64,000 nucleotides of DNA from Malacoraja senta (taxonomy: Eukaryota): assembly GCA_038087875.1 (NCBI GenBank), contig CM076000.1:2170001-2234000 (forward strand), given 5' to 3'. The translations under genes were made by a program, and so were the position numbers. Under the pieces are notes generated by a model. It was given only the letters and a program-made list of their open reading frames with translations. It was not told the origin of the DNA and made no database searches. Below are positions 49,187-61,174 of the stretch, piece after piece (position 1 is the stretch's first letter; the number at the start of each line of letters is the position of its first letter).

Positions 49187-49503
49187 CGGGGTGGCACAGT
49201 GGCGGAGTGGTAGAGTTGCTGCCTTACAGCTCCAGAGACCCGGGTTCGATCCTGACTATGTGTGCTGTTTGCACAGAGCTTGTACGTTCTCCTGTGATCT
49301 CGCGGGTTTTCCCCGGGTGCTCCGGCTTCCTCCCACACTCCAAAGACATGCAGGTTTGTAGGTTAAATGGCTTTGGTAAAATTGTAATTTGTCCCTAGTG
49401 TGTAGGATAGTGCTAATGTACGGGCATCACTGGTTGGCACGGACTCGGTGGGCCGAAGGGCCTGGTTCTGCGCTGTATCTCTAGTCTAAAGTAAAGTCTA
49501 AAG
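49187..49503 (+). mobile_element. V-SINE inserted in a minus-strand CR1 fragment (about 48955-49590)
   Basis: Full-length SINE. CR1 resumes on both sides. Confidence 0.85.
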
Positions 49504-52060
49504 TTACATACCCTTTAATGATCGCCTCTCTCACCATAAAACTATGCCCTCTAGTCTATGACATTTCCAACCTTGGGAAAAACATTCTTTTTTTGTCCAA
49601 GAGATGCACTCTACTATTGGACCTGCATCTTCACAAATGAAGCTCTTGTATTGCAATCATGAAACCTCTAATCTATAAAGAATGTATACATTGCACAAGT
49701 ACATGTTTATTACTGTAAAATATTTTAGGTGACACCACATACCATGATTATCAGACTGCACCACAAAACTAAATCAATCACAAAGGAAACTTAATTAATC
49801 CTTTGGGACTGAAAACAAAAGTTCACTTGGTAAAATGGACATCAATACCAGAATTTATTTCCCATAATAACGTTAAGCTAATTAGGTTTAAAGTTTTTTT
49901 ACGCAAAAAGTGGTGAGTGCCTGGAATGCATTGCCAGGGTTGGTGGTGGAGGCAGACAGTGGTGATTAAGAGACTTTTAGATTCATTTTAACAAAAAAAG
50001 GGAAATATTACTGATACATTAAAAAAGCATTTAACTGCAATCAGGGAGCCATCTCATTTAATTAACTGATGTGAATTATGTACTATGCCATAGAGGATGA
50101 ATTAATTGGGTATTTTTAAGGCAGAGATTGACAGACATCTGATTAGTAAAGGTGTCAATGGTTACGGGGAGAATGGGGTTGAGAGGGAAAGCTAGATTGG
50201 CTATGATTGACTGGCGGAGTAGACCCGATGGACCAAATGGCCTAATTCTGCTCCTGTGGAATTTATGGCATCGGACTTTGTACAGCATAGCAACAGGCCC
50301 TTCGACCTAACTCGTCCATGCTGACCAAGAAGCACCATCTACGCTAGTCCCACCTGCCTGCGTTTGGCCCACATCCCTCTAAACCTTTCCTATTCTTGTA
50401 CCTGTCCATGGAGTAAGTGTCTTTTAAATGTTGTAATAGTACCTGATGAAGGCCAGTGTACTGGAAGCCTTCTTGACCACTCTATCTACCTGTGATGCCA
50501 CTTTCAAGGAACTATGTACCTTCCCTTCTAGATCCCTCTGCTTTGTATCCTTGTGTCTTTCTCTAGTCAAGAGAAGCTGCTTTAATACACAATACTTTAT
50601 TTTTGGACTGAACTAAACAATGTGAGGACTACACAACTGCGACCAGTGTGAGTACTTGACTCAAAATCTGCTCATGAAAAACTGCACTCTATTCTCATAA
50701 TAGTGTGTGGAAATGAGCAATTTTTGTCCATGTAGATTTTCCGCTGTCCGATGCAACTGTAATTCTTCAAATGCTTACATGTTTACACGTGGAATGTGTA
50801 AGGTAGAGAAAGCCTGGCGATGCAGACTCAAAAACATGCTGTCAGCATTCCTGAAAGGATTTCATGAAGGATTTTCCCAAAGGAGTCCTGGCAGAGGTTA
50901 GATTATTTAGAAACTTAACAAGTCAGAGTGTCTGTAAACCGTGTGTGGTTTGCTGAAAGGTTCATCACAATATTTATCATTGAAAGACTCTCCCACACAC
51001 AAGGTCAAACAAACTTTAATTCCAGTGGCATCCATATCGACAGAGGGCAAAACAGCATAGATTGAGGCTAGAGTGCTCTGATAGTTCAGAAGTATAAAAA
51101 ATGCAGTCAGCTAAACAGAATTGTAGAGTTTCTAAGGATGAGAGGAACTTCATAGAAACGTACCGAATAGTGAAAGGCCTGGATAGCGAGGATGTGCAGT
51201 TGATGTGTGCACTAGTGGGAGAGTCTAGGACAAGAGATCAAAGCCTCAGAATAAAGATGAGGAGGAAGGGTGGTGAGTCTCTGGAATTCATTGCCACGGA
51301 TGGCTGTGGAGGCCAAGTCATTGGGTATTTTTAAGGCGGAGATTGACAGATACTTGATTGTTAGGGGTGTTAGGGGTTATGGGGAGAATGCAGGAGAATG
51401 GGGTTAAGAGGGAAAGCTAGATCAGCCATGATTGAATGGCAGTCTAATTCTGCTCCTGTGACATAAACATAACATTGGACTTTGTACCTGGAACTGATGC
51501 TCCACAGTGCCAAGAACTATATACTCGGTATCTTCCCTTTGTTTGAGTTTGGTTTGATTGTATCTATGTATAGTATTATCTGATTTGATAACCAGATAAT
51601 AGGCAGGAGATTTGGGGTTGAGAGCGAAAGCTGGATTGGTCATGGTTGAATGGCATAGTAGACACGATGGGCCGAATGGCCTAAGTTTGCTCCTATGAAC
51701 TTGTGAACTTTGTGATCCATCACTTCCGACTCAATTGTTCAGAAATTTAAGCATCAGCCTTCCCTTCCAGCAGAGCAAGGGGAGAGAGTTGCAAAAGGCC
51801 AGGAGACGAGTCTGTCTCAGCATATTTATACACATGCCCGTGAGTGAGAGGCACCTCCCCGATTAAAGCAATTACACTTCCTTATGCGAAGGGCTGTAAA
51901 GAAAAGTATTTGAAACATGCCTGCGATCAAAAGTGTCAGCTCAGACTAGGGATTAAAAAGGGAACCTTCCCCTGCACAGTTTTAATATCAAGTTGCAGGT
52001 TGAATTTACCCAGTAGCCATGAAATGAGAGGTGGGGGTGGAGACAGGTGTGCGTGAGGGT

Positions 52061-52061
<1 letters not shown>

Positions 52062-52091
<30 letters not shown>
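52062..52091. repeat. Poly-G tract (about 30 nt)
   Basis: Directly visible. Confidence 0.95.
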
Positions 52092-52092
<1 letters not shown>

Positions 52093-53339
52093 GAGGAGGG
52101 TTAGGTTTGGGGGGAAGGGATGATGAGGGTGGAGCATTGAAAAATGGAGGGATTAAAATCAAATTTGATTGATTAGGTTCGTAAGGAACTGCAGGTGTTG
52201 GTTTATACCGAAAATAGACACAAATTGCTGGAGTAACTCAGTAGGTCAGGCAGCATCTCTGGCAAAAAAGGATGGGTGGGGTTTTGGGTCGGGACCCTTC
52301 TTCAGAATGATTGACTTGGTGGTTATTTTAACTCTTGTCAGGAGGATATGTGGTTAGTATTGTCTAAGGTACAATAACAACATTTAAAAGGCATTTGTAT
52401 ACGTTCCTGGATAGGAAAGGTTTAGAGGGTATGGGCTAAATGGAGGCAGATGGGACTAGTGTAGATAGGGCATCTTAGTTGGCATGGGTAAATTGGGCCG
52501 AAGGGCCTGTTTACATGCTGTATGATTCCTTGAACCTATGGATAAGTGACTTTGAGTCCTTATACTTATCTGACACCATTTCGTCTTTTCAGCTCTGGTC
52601 TTTGACCAACCATCTGCCCATCAACCCTTCCTCTCTCACCGGTACCCACCCATTACTCACCAGGCTTTGTACTGCCCCTCCAATCTCCCCCCCTCCCCAC
52701 ATCACAATCATGATCCCGACACAAAACGTCACCTATCCATGTTCTGCAGGGATGCTGCCTAACCTGCTGAGTTACTCCAGCACTTTGTGTCTGTAATTAG
52801 CATAGTTTGGTGTTTAACATGATTAACTGAGCATTTGGCCTAATGCCAGCATGGCCCTTTTATATATTTGTACTTCTGATCCCAAAGCTGTTATCAAAGT
52901 CAGCCTGAAATATTAACTCACTAGCCTGAACGGAAAATTATTGTGTAAACTTCCTGCACACACTTTAAAGAGAGGATAGGGGCACAGCTGTAGCACCAGT
53001 TGCAAATTGGCTGCAGAATAATTTTACCAGCCTGGAGTGATTTTTATTTTAACGTTTCAGTCCCAAATGGAGCAGACACTTCCTCAGATTTATAGAACTG
53101 AGCATCATATATCACCCGTCAAAATCAGAAAAACTCAGCAGGTCAGGCAGTATCTGTGGAGATAATAGTTATAGAGTCATAGAGTCATAGAGTCACACAG
53201 CACAGAAACAGGTCCTTCAGCCCAACTTGCCCATGCTGACCAACATGACCTGTCTACGCTTCGTCCCACCTGCCTGCATTTGGCCCGTATTCCTCCAAAC
53301 CTTTCCTATCCATTCACCTGTCCAAATGTCTTGTACGGT

Positions 53340-53960
53340 CGAGACACAAGGAACTGCAGATGCTGGTTTACAAGAAAAGACACAAAGAACTGGAGTAATT
53401 CAGTGGGTCAGGCAGCATCTCTGAAGAACATAGATAGGTGATGTTTTGGTTTACTTCAGACTGATTGTGGTGGCGTGGAGCTGGGGGGGTTGGAAAGAAT
53501 GGTGGTGAGGCCAGCTATTCGATGAACACTCGCACTTGGTCCTCCAGGGCTGCTGGATCTCCCAGTTGGTAACCATTTTAACTCCCCATCTCATTTACAT
53601 ACTGAATTTTCTGCCTTGGGCCTCCTCCATTGCCATGGTGAGACCACACACAAACTAGAGGAACAGCACCTCGTAGCTTCCAGTCCAACGGCATAAACAT
53701 TGAATTTTCCAATTTTGGGTAGCTAACTACTAACCTAACCACCAGCTCCCTTTATTCACCCCCCTCTCTTCCCTGTGCCCCACCTGCATTCACACCCATT
53801 TCTCTTTGTCCCCGTCCCCATCCCCTTCCACCTCTATTCTCTCCTCTGGCTTCACAATTCGCCATTCTTTTATCCTTTTCTCACACTTTTTTGTCTTTTC
53901 ATCTCTGGCCTTTTCCCAACCATCTGCCTATCTAAAACCCCTCTGATCTGTATCAACAGA
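53340..53960 (+). mobile_element. Penelope-like element: inverted terminus, then GIY-YIG fragment and 3' region
   Basis: 'DLPVGNHFNSPSHLHTEFSALGLLHCHGETTHKLEEQHL' readable from about 53556, preceded by a minus-strand terminus. Confidence 0.75.
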
Positions 53961-55224
53961 GTTATGATGTCAGGTCTGAGACCCTTCATCAACACTGGGT
54001 AAGAGAATAAAAAGTTAGTTTAAAGTCGTAGAGAAGATGGGAGTGGGAAAGATGGTAGGACAAAGGGAATATCTATGCTAGACCTTCCATTGGTACTGGA
54101 TATTTCTGGAGAGAAGGAATAGGTAACATTTTGGGTCAAGACTCTTCTTCAGACTGGTGTAAACTAGCATCAGCAGTTCTTTTCTACAGGATACTAGATA
54201 TTTCCTTTGTCCAATCATTCCAGTCTCAGACCGCAAAAGTTAACTATTTCTCTGTCCCTAGATACTGCCTTACCTGTTAGGGGATATCAGCATTTATTTA
54301 TGATTATGTTTTAGATTACCAGCAGCTACAATTTTAATTTAGCATTGTTTAAAATATGACACACTTTCATTTCATAATCGGTATAATTCTTGCCAATCAT
54401 AAATATTCCTCAAAAATAAAATGACAGCCCCGAACACAAACTGTGCAAAAATTGGATTATCATTAATTCAACCCTTCAATCTCTGGAGGCACAGCACACA
54501 CAGTAATTCTGATCAACATCTTTCTACCTCAGAAACCCTCCCTCCAGTGGAGTTTACAATCTGAGAATACCCCTGAAAAATATTTTTATGCTCTGCAAAA
54601 TCTTTACCATCGTATCAGTAGTAACACTCCTTTACAAGGTTGTAGTTAAATTCTATGCCGTGCAGAAAATGTATTATTTAACCACTCTAATTAATATTGA
54701 TAGGATGGTGGAGGAAATGTCCAATTTTACTTCGGAGTCACGTGAGTGATTCCGTGAAGAAGCCCCGCCAGTCCGCACGCACGCCATTACGTCATCCGCA
54801 TGGCGAAGCACCGGACTGGCAGGCGCTCGGTCCTGCCAGCGGTAAGTTTAAACTACAGGTAAGTTTGTATTTCTTACCTGGTATTCATTTCTTGCAGGAA
54901 CCTCTTTTTTACAGAGGTTTCCTGTCCGATACTTCGCGGAAGGCCGACGAGGGAACCAGCTATGGGCTGTGGGGAGACCCCGGTTCCGACCGCGGAAGCG
55001 GGTAGCTGGCGAATCTCGGGTTCGTGATCGCAGTCACTATTAAGATGCTCAGTGACTGCCAGACGCTGTGGTTCCCGGGGAGGGGAAATCCAGCAGCAAT
55101 GCGGCGCCCGGACTGCAGTAGTCCCCAGGATGGGGTAAAACCAACCAGGACGGTCAGCCCTGGTGCCGGGAGGTTCCCTCCGGTAATGTATAAAATGTGC
55201 AGGTTGGCCAGGAAGCAGGAGTTG

Positions 55225-55440
55225 TGTCAGCGGGGGCCTATGGGAGAGTCCACGCCAGCAGCGCCTTGGACAGGGCTGCTTTATGTTCATGCTGAGTCTG
55301 TGCAGCGCTGGGCCTATGGGAGAGCCCGCGCCAGCAGCGCCTTGGACAGGGCTGCTTAATGTTGATGCCAAGGCTATGGCAGCGCAGGCCTATGGAAGAG
55401 CCCGCGCCAGCAGCACCTTGTAACAGGGCTGCTTAATGTC
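55225..55440. repeat. Three tandem copies of an about 76-bp unit in the DIRS 5' (gag) region
   Basis: gcctatgggagagcccgcgccagcagcgccttggacagggctgcttaatgt occurs three times. Confidence 0.85.
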
Positions 55441-55958
55441 TCCCTCTTGGAGGTGGAGAGCATGCCGGGTCAGTATAATTCTGACGCCAAGGCTGAGGGT
55501 ATAGACGTGGAGCATACCCCAAGGGATGAAGGTATCATTCCTGGCAGCAAGGTTTGCCATCCCAACACAATGCAGTGAACACCGCTATCAGGGGGATATT
55601 AGAGCCAGCCGCCGAATCTTCTGTTCAGATAAGATCTATTCAACAGGCAAAACCTAGAGGACGAAGCACAAGCTGTTGGACCATTCAAGGTCAACAACGA
55701 CAATCGTTTTGGCGACAACGCACCCCACGTATTCATCGGCAGTAAGCGGTTCACCGAAGCTGGTGGCAGCATGAAAGCTGGCCAGAGGTTCCATGCACTC
55801 TACCAGTTCTACTCTACAACTAAGAAGGACCACTTACAAGTTGGTAATATTTACACTTGATTGTACAATACACAAATGGTTAAGACATTGTCATCTATTT
55901 AGAGGCATCTAACCATGTAAAACTGGACAATGCTAGCATTCCAAGCAGGTTGGAATTG

Positions 55959-56230
55959 GGCCAGAATTGCGTTTTGAGGCAAGCTCAGAATTTTGGCCAG
56001 AATTGCCTTCGAGGCATGCTCAGAAATATGGGCAGAATTGTCTTTCGAGGCAGGCTCAGAATTGTGGCCAGAATTGTCTTTCGAGACGGGCTCAGAATTA
56101 TGGCCAGAGTTGTTTTTTAAGACAGGTCAGAATTATCAGATAGGCTCAGTATTATGGCCAGGATTGTCTTGCAAAAACAGGTTCGGGAATCGGGCCAGAG
56201 TTGTCGTTCAAGGCAAGCACGAAATGATGG
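55959..56230. repeat. Minisatellite, about 7 copies of a 36-bp unit, inside the DIRS RT region
   Basis: Unit ggccagaattgtctttcgaggcaggctcagaattat. Confidence 0.9.
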
Positions 56231-56691
56231 CAGGCGTGGCCTGTTCATTATGTAAGAAGGCTGATTAACAACTGATTTCATAGGGTATTCCCATTTACAA
56301 CGATCATTGGAGATATTTGGAGGAGGCAATTGCTATGATGAGGCAATAATAACAGTATGATGACAATAAAGCATTCTAACCGCTACTCAGAGTTCAAAAA
56401 CACTTGTTATGTCTTGACTGGATGATATTTTATGCTGTATTTTGCTAAAATCCACTGTTTCAGTCTCAAACTATATTTGAGAAACTGGGTTCCAGTTAAT
56501 TCTTAATTCTATCCAGTTAAAATTAAGTTGTTACCAAATAGACTTGTTGGTCATTGGGATTTACCTTTAGCTATTAATTGGGCTATGACTCCGCCCTGGG
56601 CAACAGATTGGAGTTAATAGAACAACAGCCTTGTTGTTATAAAGCAGCCTTCTAATCGTTAAGACTAATTGGCAATATAATAGCTGTGATT

Positions 56692-57130
56692 CAGCTAGAA
56701 TTTAGAAGATTGAGGGGGGATCTTATAGAAACTTACAAAATTCTTAAGGGGTTGGACAGGCTAGATGCAGGAAGATTGTTCCCGATGTTGGGGAAGTCCA
56801 GAACAAGGGGTCACAGTTTAAGGATAAAGGGGAAATCTTTTAGGACTGAGATGAGAAAAACATTTTTTACACAGAGAGTGGTGAATCTCTGGAATTCTCT
56901 GCCACAGAATGTAGTTGAGGCCAGTTCATTGGCTATATTTAAGAGGGAGTTAGATGTGGCCCTTGCGGCTAAAGGGAGCAGGGGGTATGTAGAGAAAGCA
57001 GGTACAGGATACTGAGTTGGATGATCAGCCATGATCATGTTGAATGTTGGTGCAGGCTCGAAGGGCCGAATGGCCTACTCCTGCACCTATTTTCTATGTT
57101 TCTATGTTTCTATGTTTCTATGTTTCTATG
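56692..57130 (+). mobile_element. Young CR1 3' fragment inserted in the DIRS element
   Basis: Intact 'LEFRRLRGDLIETYKILKGLDRLD...FFTQRVVNLWNSLPQ...FKRELD' and (tttctatg)n tail. Confidence 0.95.
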
Positions 57131-58299
57131 AAAGTGGGAGATCTGACATCATGGTAAATGGCAAACTCTAAAGTGCCATATAGGTCATTGTTAACACACC
57201 TATGCTATTTGCAGCTGAAGCTACCAAAGTCACAATGATGGACAAACAGTATTCAGCATTACTCCAGTAGGTTGGTCAGTAAAAATGTAAGTTATATTGC
57301 AAACTGATGCTAATGGCTCTAACGTGGGAAATTGCGAATGTCATCTCTAGTTTGGAGGTGGAGGAGATTTGCATGAGTTACCAATTCTTCAGTTATTGGT
57401 ATCAACTATCTATAGACCCTACGTGCATTCTATGGGTTAAGAGTGATTGAGCGAATATGCATAATCTGCATGCTCAACTTCAGGTTGATACACTATGATG
57501 GTAGCATATGTCAGTCACATGGGTGCAATCAAGTAAAAGTATACTGTATTAGTTTACCTAATCTCATTCGCCACTGGTGTGTCATCAAGTACAGATCAAT
57601 GACAACACAGAATGGGTGTTGGATCAGACAGTATTTATGAAATTCTGGTTCAATGGAACACCAAAATCGATATGTTGGTTTTCATGCTTACTCACAGGTT
57701 GAAAAAATATGTGGCATAACAGTGGCAAAAGATATATTCTCGCTATAAGGAGGAGGAATGGTCTTTTATGTCTTCCTCCATTTTGCCTCATCAGTCGGGT
57801 CTTCAAATAAAGTCATCGAGATCCCGCTTTAGGTTTTCCTACTGTCTGATAGGCCTATGCAGCTTTGATTCCCGATTTTGTAGGGAATAATAATACAACC
57901 TTATACGGTTATTCTAAACGTAAACTTTGCCGGTTCAGCCTGTGGCTCGGGAAATCAGCCTTTGCATGATAAAATTAATTTATGTTCTGCAGATTCTGAA
58001 TAGACTGTCCCTACGGCTTGGGTTGTCAAACCTATCCCTGTATGTGTTCACTCCAGAGTGCTGGGATAGCACCAAAAAAGCAGTACATTTCTTTTTCAGG
58101 AGATGGGAAGCGTTTTGTTTAATGCTAATGTTACATTTAAAACGGTACAGATTACTGACGTTTTGGGGTTCAGTTTTTAATGGTCTTTTGATAATAATTG
58201 AGTTATAGGGCCATTAACTGTGCCAACATGCCTTCCCATCATATTTGCTGCAGCAAACGGGACCCACTCTATCGGGTTCACCCCTGTATATCTTTAACA

Positions 58300-58890
58300 C
58301 AAGTTCTCCCAGGACAAGTACAATGCAGTATGGGATATTGACATTGTGTTAACACCATTTCACCAGGGGGCTCCAGCTACGTCCTTAGCTTTGGCTGGCT
58401 CTCATATGGTAGTTATCCTCCTGGCGCTGGTTTTAGCGCAACAGGTTCAGTCGCTACATAATTACGACGGGACAGGATGATTACATCTGTAAATAATATA
58501 TATTATATTTTATGTTTATAATTTAAGTAAGCAGAGCAGAAGGGGTGTCAGGTATCAAAATAGTTCAAGGCATACCCAGGGACCTTTGGTTATGTGAGGG
58601 CACACATATACAACAATACGTCAAGGTCACCAAGAGTCTTCGAGGCTCTGAACTAACAATGCTTGTTAGTTACAAAAAACTTTATAAGAACGTATCCGTT
58701 CAGTCCATTTCCAGGTAATTAACGGAGTTCGATTTATGCAGGAGTAGATACTGATTTCCAGATCTCACTCCACCTGGCTGCTACAACATTAGCAGCAAGG
58801 GTTATTTACGTTCCGCTGGACCACATCCTAACGGCTGCAGCATGGTCAAACGAACGAATTTCCAAACATTTTATAATAACCCTTTGCCAG
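58300..58890 (+). pseudogene. Decayed DIRS tyrosine recombinase
   Basis: 'KYNAVWDIDIVL' (about 58316), 'VILLALVLAQQVQSLH' (about 58412; box I Arg replaced by Gln), 'SHST' (about 58763), 'VPLDHILTAAAWSNE' (about 58810). Confidence 0.8.
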
Positions 58891-59468
58891 ACCATGGGTA
58901 TTTGTCAACTCTATATTACGTTCTATTTATAGTTTCCATCTTGATGAGAAGTGTTACTATTATTTTTACTTCATTTGACAGCATCAGCATGTTTTAAATC
59001 TATGTCATGTCTGTATGCATTATGAATGTTTCCCTCATCTGTCAATGAGGCAGTTGTGGTTGTGTAGACTCGTTTCTCACGGCATGAAATCACAGAGCTT
59101 TGAAATCTTCACGGAATCACTCACGTGACTCCGAAGTAAAATAGTAAGATTAAACAAGAACTTACCAGTTTGAAGTTTGATCTTTATTTTATGAGGAGTT
59201 ACGATGAGCGATTACGTGCCCACCGCTCCCAACCCTCATATCACAAAGGTCATCTGGTAGTTCTAGTCTTCTCCAAGTCTTACTATGTTACTTCGACTGC
59301 TGTTATCTGTGATTTCACACCGCTGCTTTGAAGATTGACGTGCGTGCGGACTGGCGGGGCTTCTTCACGTAATCGCTCATCGTAACTCCTCATAAAATAA
59401 AGATCAAACTTCAAACTGGTAAGTTCTCGTTTAATCTTACTATTCTAGAGATGTCTACAATTTTCCTT

Positions 59469-59690
59469 GTTAGTTTAGTTTAATTTAGAGATACAATGCA
59501 GAAACAGGCCTTTCGGTCCATCGAGTCCGCGCCGAGCAATAATCACCCCATACGCTATCCTACATACCAGGGACAATTTACAGAATCCAATTAACTTACA
59601 AACCTGCGTGTCTTTGGTATATGGGAGGAATCTGGAGAAAACCCACATGGTCGCAGGAGGAGCATGCGAACTCCACACAGACGTGCAAAC
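59469..59690 (-). mobile_element. V-SINE, 5'-truncated
   Basis: V-domain and tail on the minus strand. Confidence 0.8.
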
Positions 59691-60644
59691 TCCACTCTTG
59701 AAATTTCCTATTATTGATAATTTTCACTTCTATTAATTACTTCTATCTATTAAATATATATAGATGTGTGCGATTACCTGTGTCCTTTGATTTAGTTGAA
59801 AGCATATTCATCTCCAAGTGCCTACCTAAGATGGGTGCAATGGTCAGCATGATGTAATGGACCTGATTCTGCTCTGTTCATCTCAATGAGTCGGCGAGTC
59901 AGAACAATTATGGGTTGAAACCCTATTCTTGACTTTACTTTTAAACAGTCAGCAAGTTAAGTGATTAACTTGTATATTTGTAAATATCAATTTCAGCTGA
60001 ATTTAGTTTATAACACTGAATAACACTGAATATTGTTTAGTTTAGTTTGGTTTAGTTTATTGTCACGTGAAAAGGATGCTCTCCAAAGCAAAAACTGACA
60101 GGTTCTTGATTAGTATGGGTGTCAAAGGTTATGGGGAGAAGGCAGGAGAATGAGGTTGAGACAGAAAGATAGATCAGCCCTGATTGAGTAGACTCGAGGA
60201 GCCGAATGGCCTAATTCTGCGCCGATGATTTATGAACTTGTGAACTAGATGGGAGATGAGGGCCGCACTCTGGTGACAGGACCAAGCTGATGACAGGACG
60301 GTTCAATTGCCTGCTTTATGTGAAATGTATTAGAAGCTTCCCTATGGAGCGTAGTGGTTGGACAGTGATTACCCAATGTTGCGGGAACTGCTCCAGGACA
60401 TCGAGCACCTGGGCCACCGGACTTTGGAAATGGCACTAAATCGTGGCGGTGCCTGCATGTGTCATGTACACAAAAAGAATTTCACTGCAGTTGCATGTGT
60501 GACAAATAAAGCATAATTGAACCACTGAACTATTGAGATAAGGAATAGGCAACGTTTTGGGTCAGAACCCATCTTCACACTGAAAGATAGAGGTTCAGTT
60601 CAGTTCAGTTCAGTTTCAGTTTAGTTTATTGTCATGTGTAGGCG

Positions 60645-60875
60645 AGATAAGGTCAGGCAAGAGATGACCTCAGGAAGGGTGGAGCCCGTAATGGCGCATT
60701 GTTGGCTGGGGAAGATGTGCTAACGACAGTGATACAAGGGTGCGTAAAAGTGGAAATGGTAGCACAATTGGTGTGGGAGAGAGGGGAGAGAGAGAGAGGG
60801 GGGGGAGGCAATGTATGCAGGAGATACTTGAAATTCAAGAAATTAACGTTCATACCGCTGGGTTGTAAACTGTCA
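60645..60875 (-). mobile_element. Penelope-like fragment
   Basis: 'SLQPSGMNVNFLNF' plus 3' region. A terminus lies nearby at about 60540-60585. Confidence 0.7.
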
Positions 60876-61174
60876 TAGCCCAACTGCAATTGTTTTTTAC
60901 GAGCATGAGGTCAACCCAGATACGTTGAATAAAGCAGAACAAGCTGCATTTCAGATATCAACATTGTTTACATCTCAAAGCTCTGACAGATATCACAGTG
61001 ATTAAAGGCTTCCAAAGCTTCAGGATAATGATATTATGTTGCTCGAATTACGTGCAACTATTCAAGTGGTTCATGGTTATTGGACTAACCACATTCTGTA
61101 TATTTATCCACACACAGGATTGAGCAAGCCATCATCTTCAGGTGTAGGGTACAGCAGACAAAGAAACAGAGTTG

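Larger units (their letters stand above)
55880..57830 (+). pseudogene. Decayed DIRS pol (RT, RNaseH, methyltransferase-like)
   Basis: Fragments in shifting frames: 'IPIYNDHWRYL' (about 56286), '*LDDIL' (56415-56432), 'QTDANG' (about 57300), 'MVAYVSHMGAIK' (about 57498), 'PPFCLISRVF' (about 57775). Confidence 0.75.
54724..59444 (+). mobile_element. DIRS1-type tyrosine-recombinase retrotransposon, both ends intact, coding region decayed
   Basis: 31-bp perfect ITR core at 54753-54783 / 59339-59369. ICR at 59106-59218 is complementary to both termini. ATT at both ends. RT, RNaseH, MT-like and YR remnants in DIRS order. Confidence 0.93.

Noticed and set aside
54697..55371. ORFs of 102-165 aa at the DIRS 5' end as an intact gag
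   Set aside because: Short, partly made of tandem repeat, and no recognisable motif. Treated as decayed 5' region.
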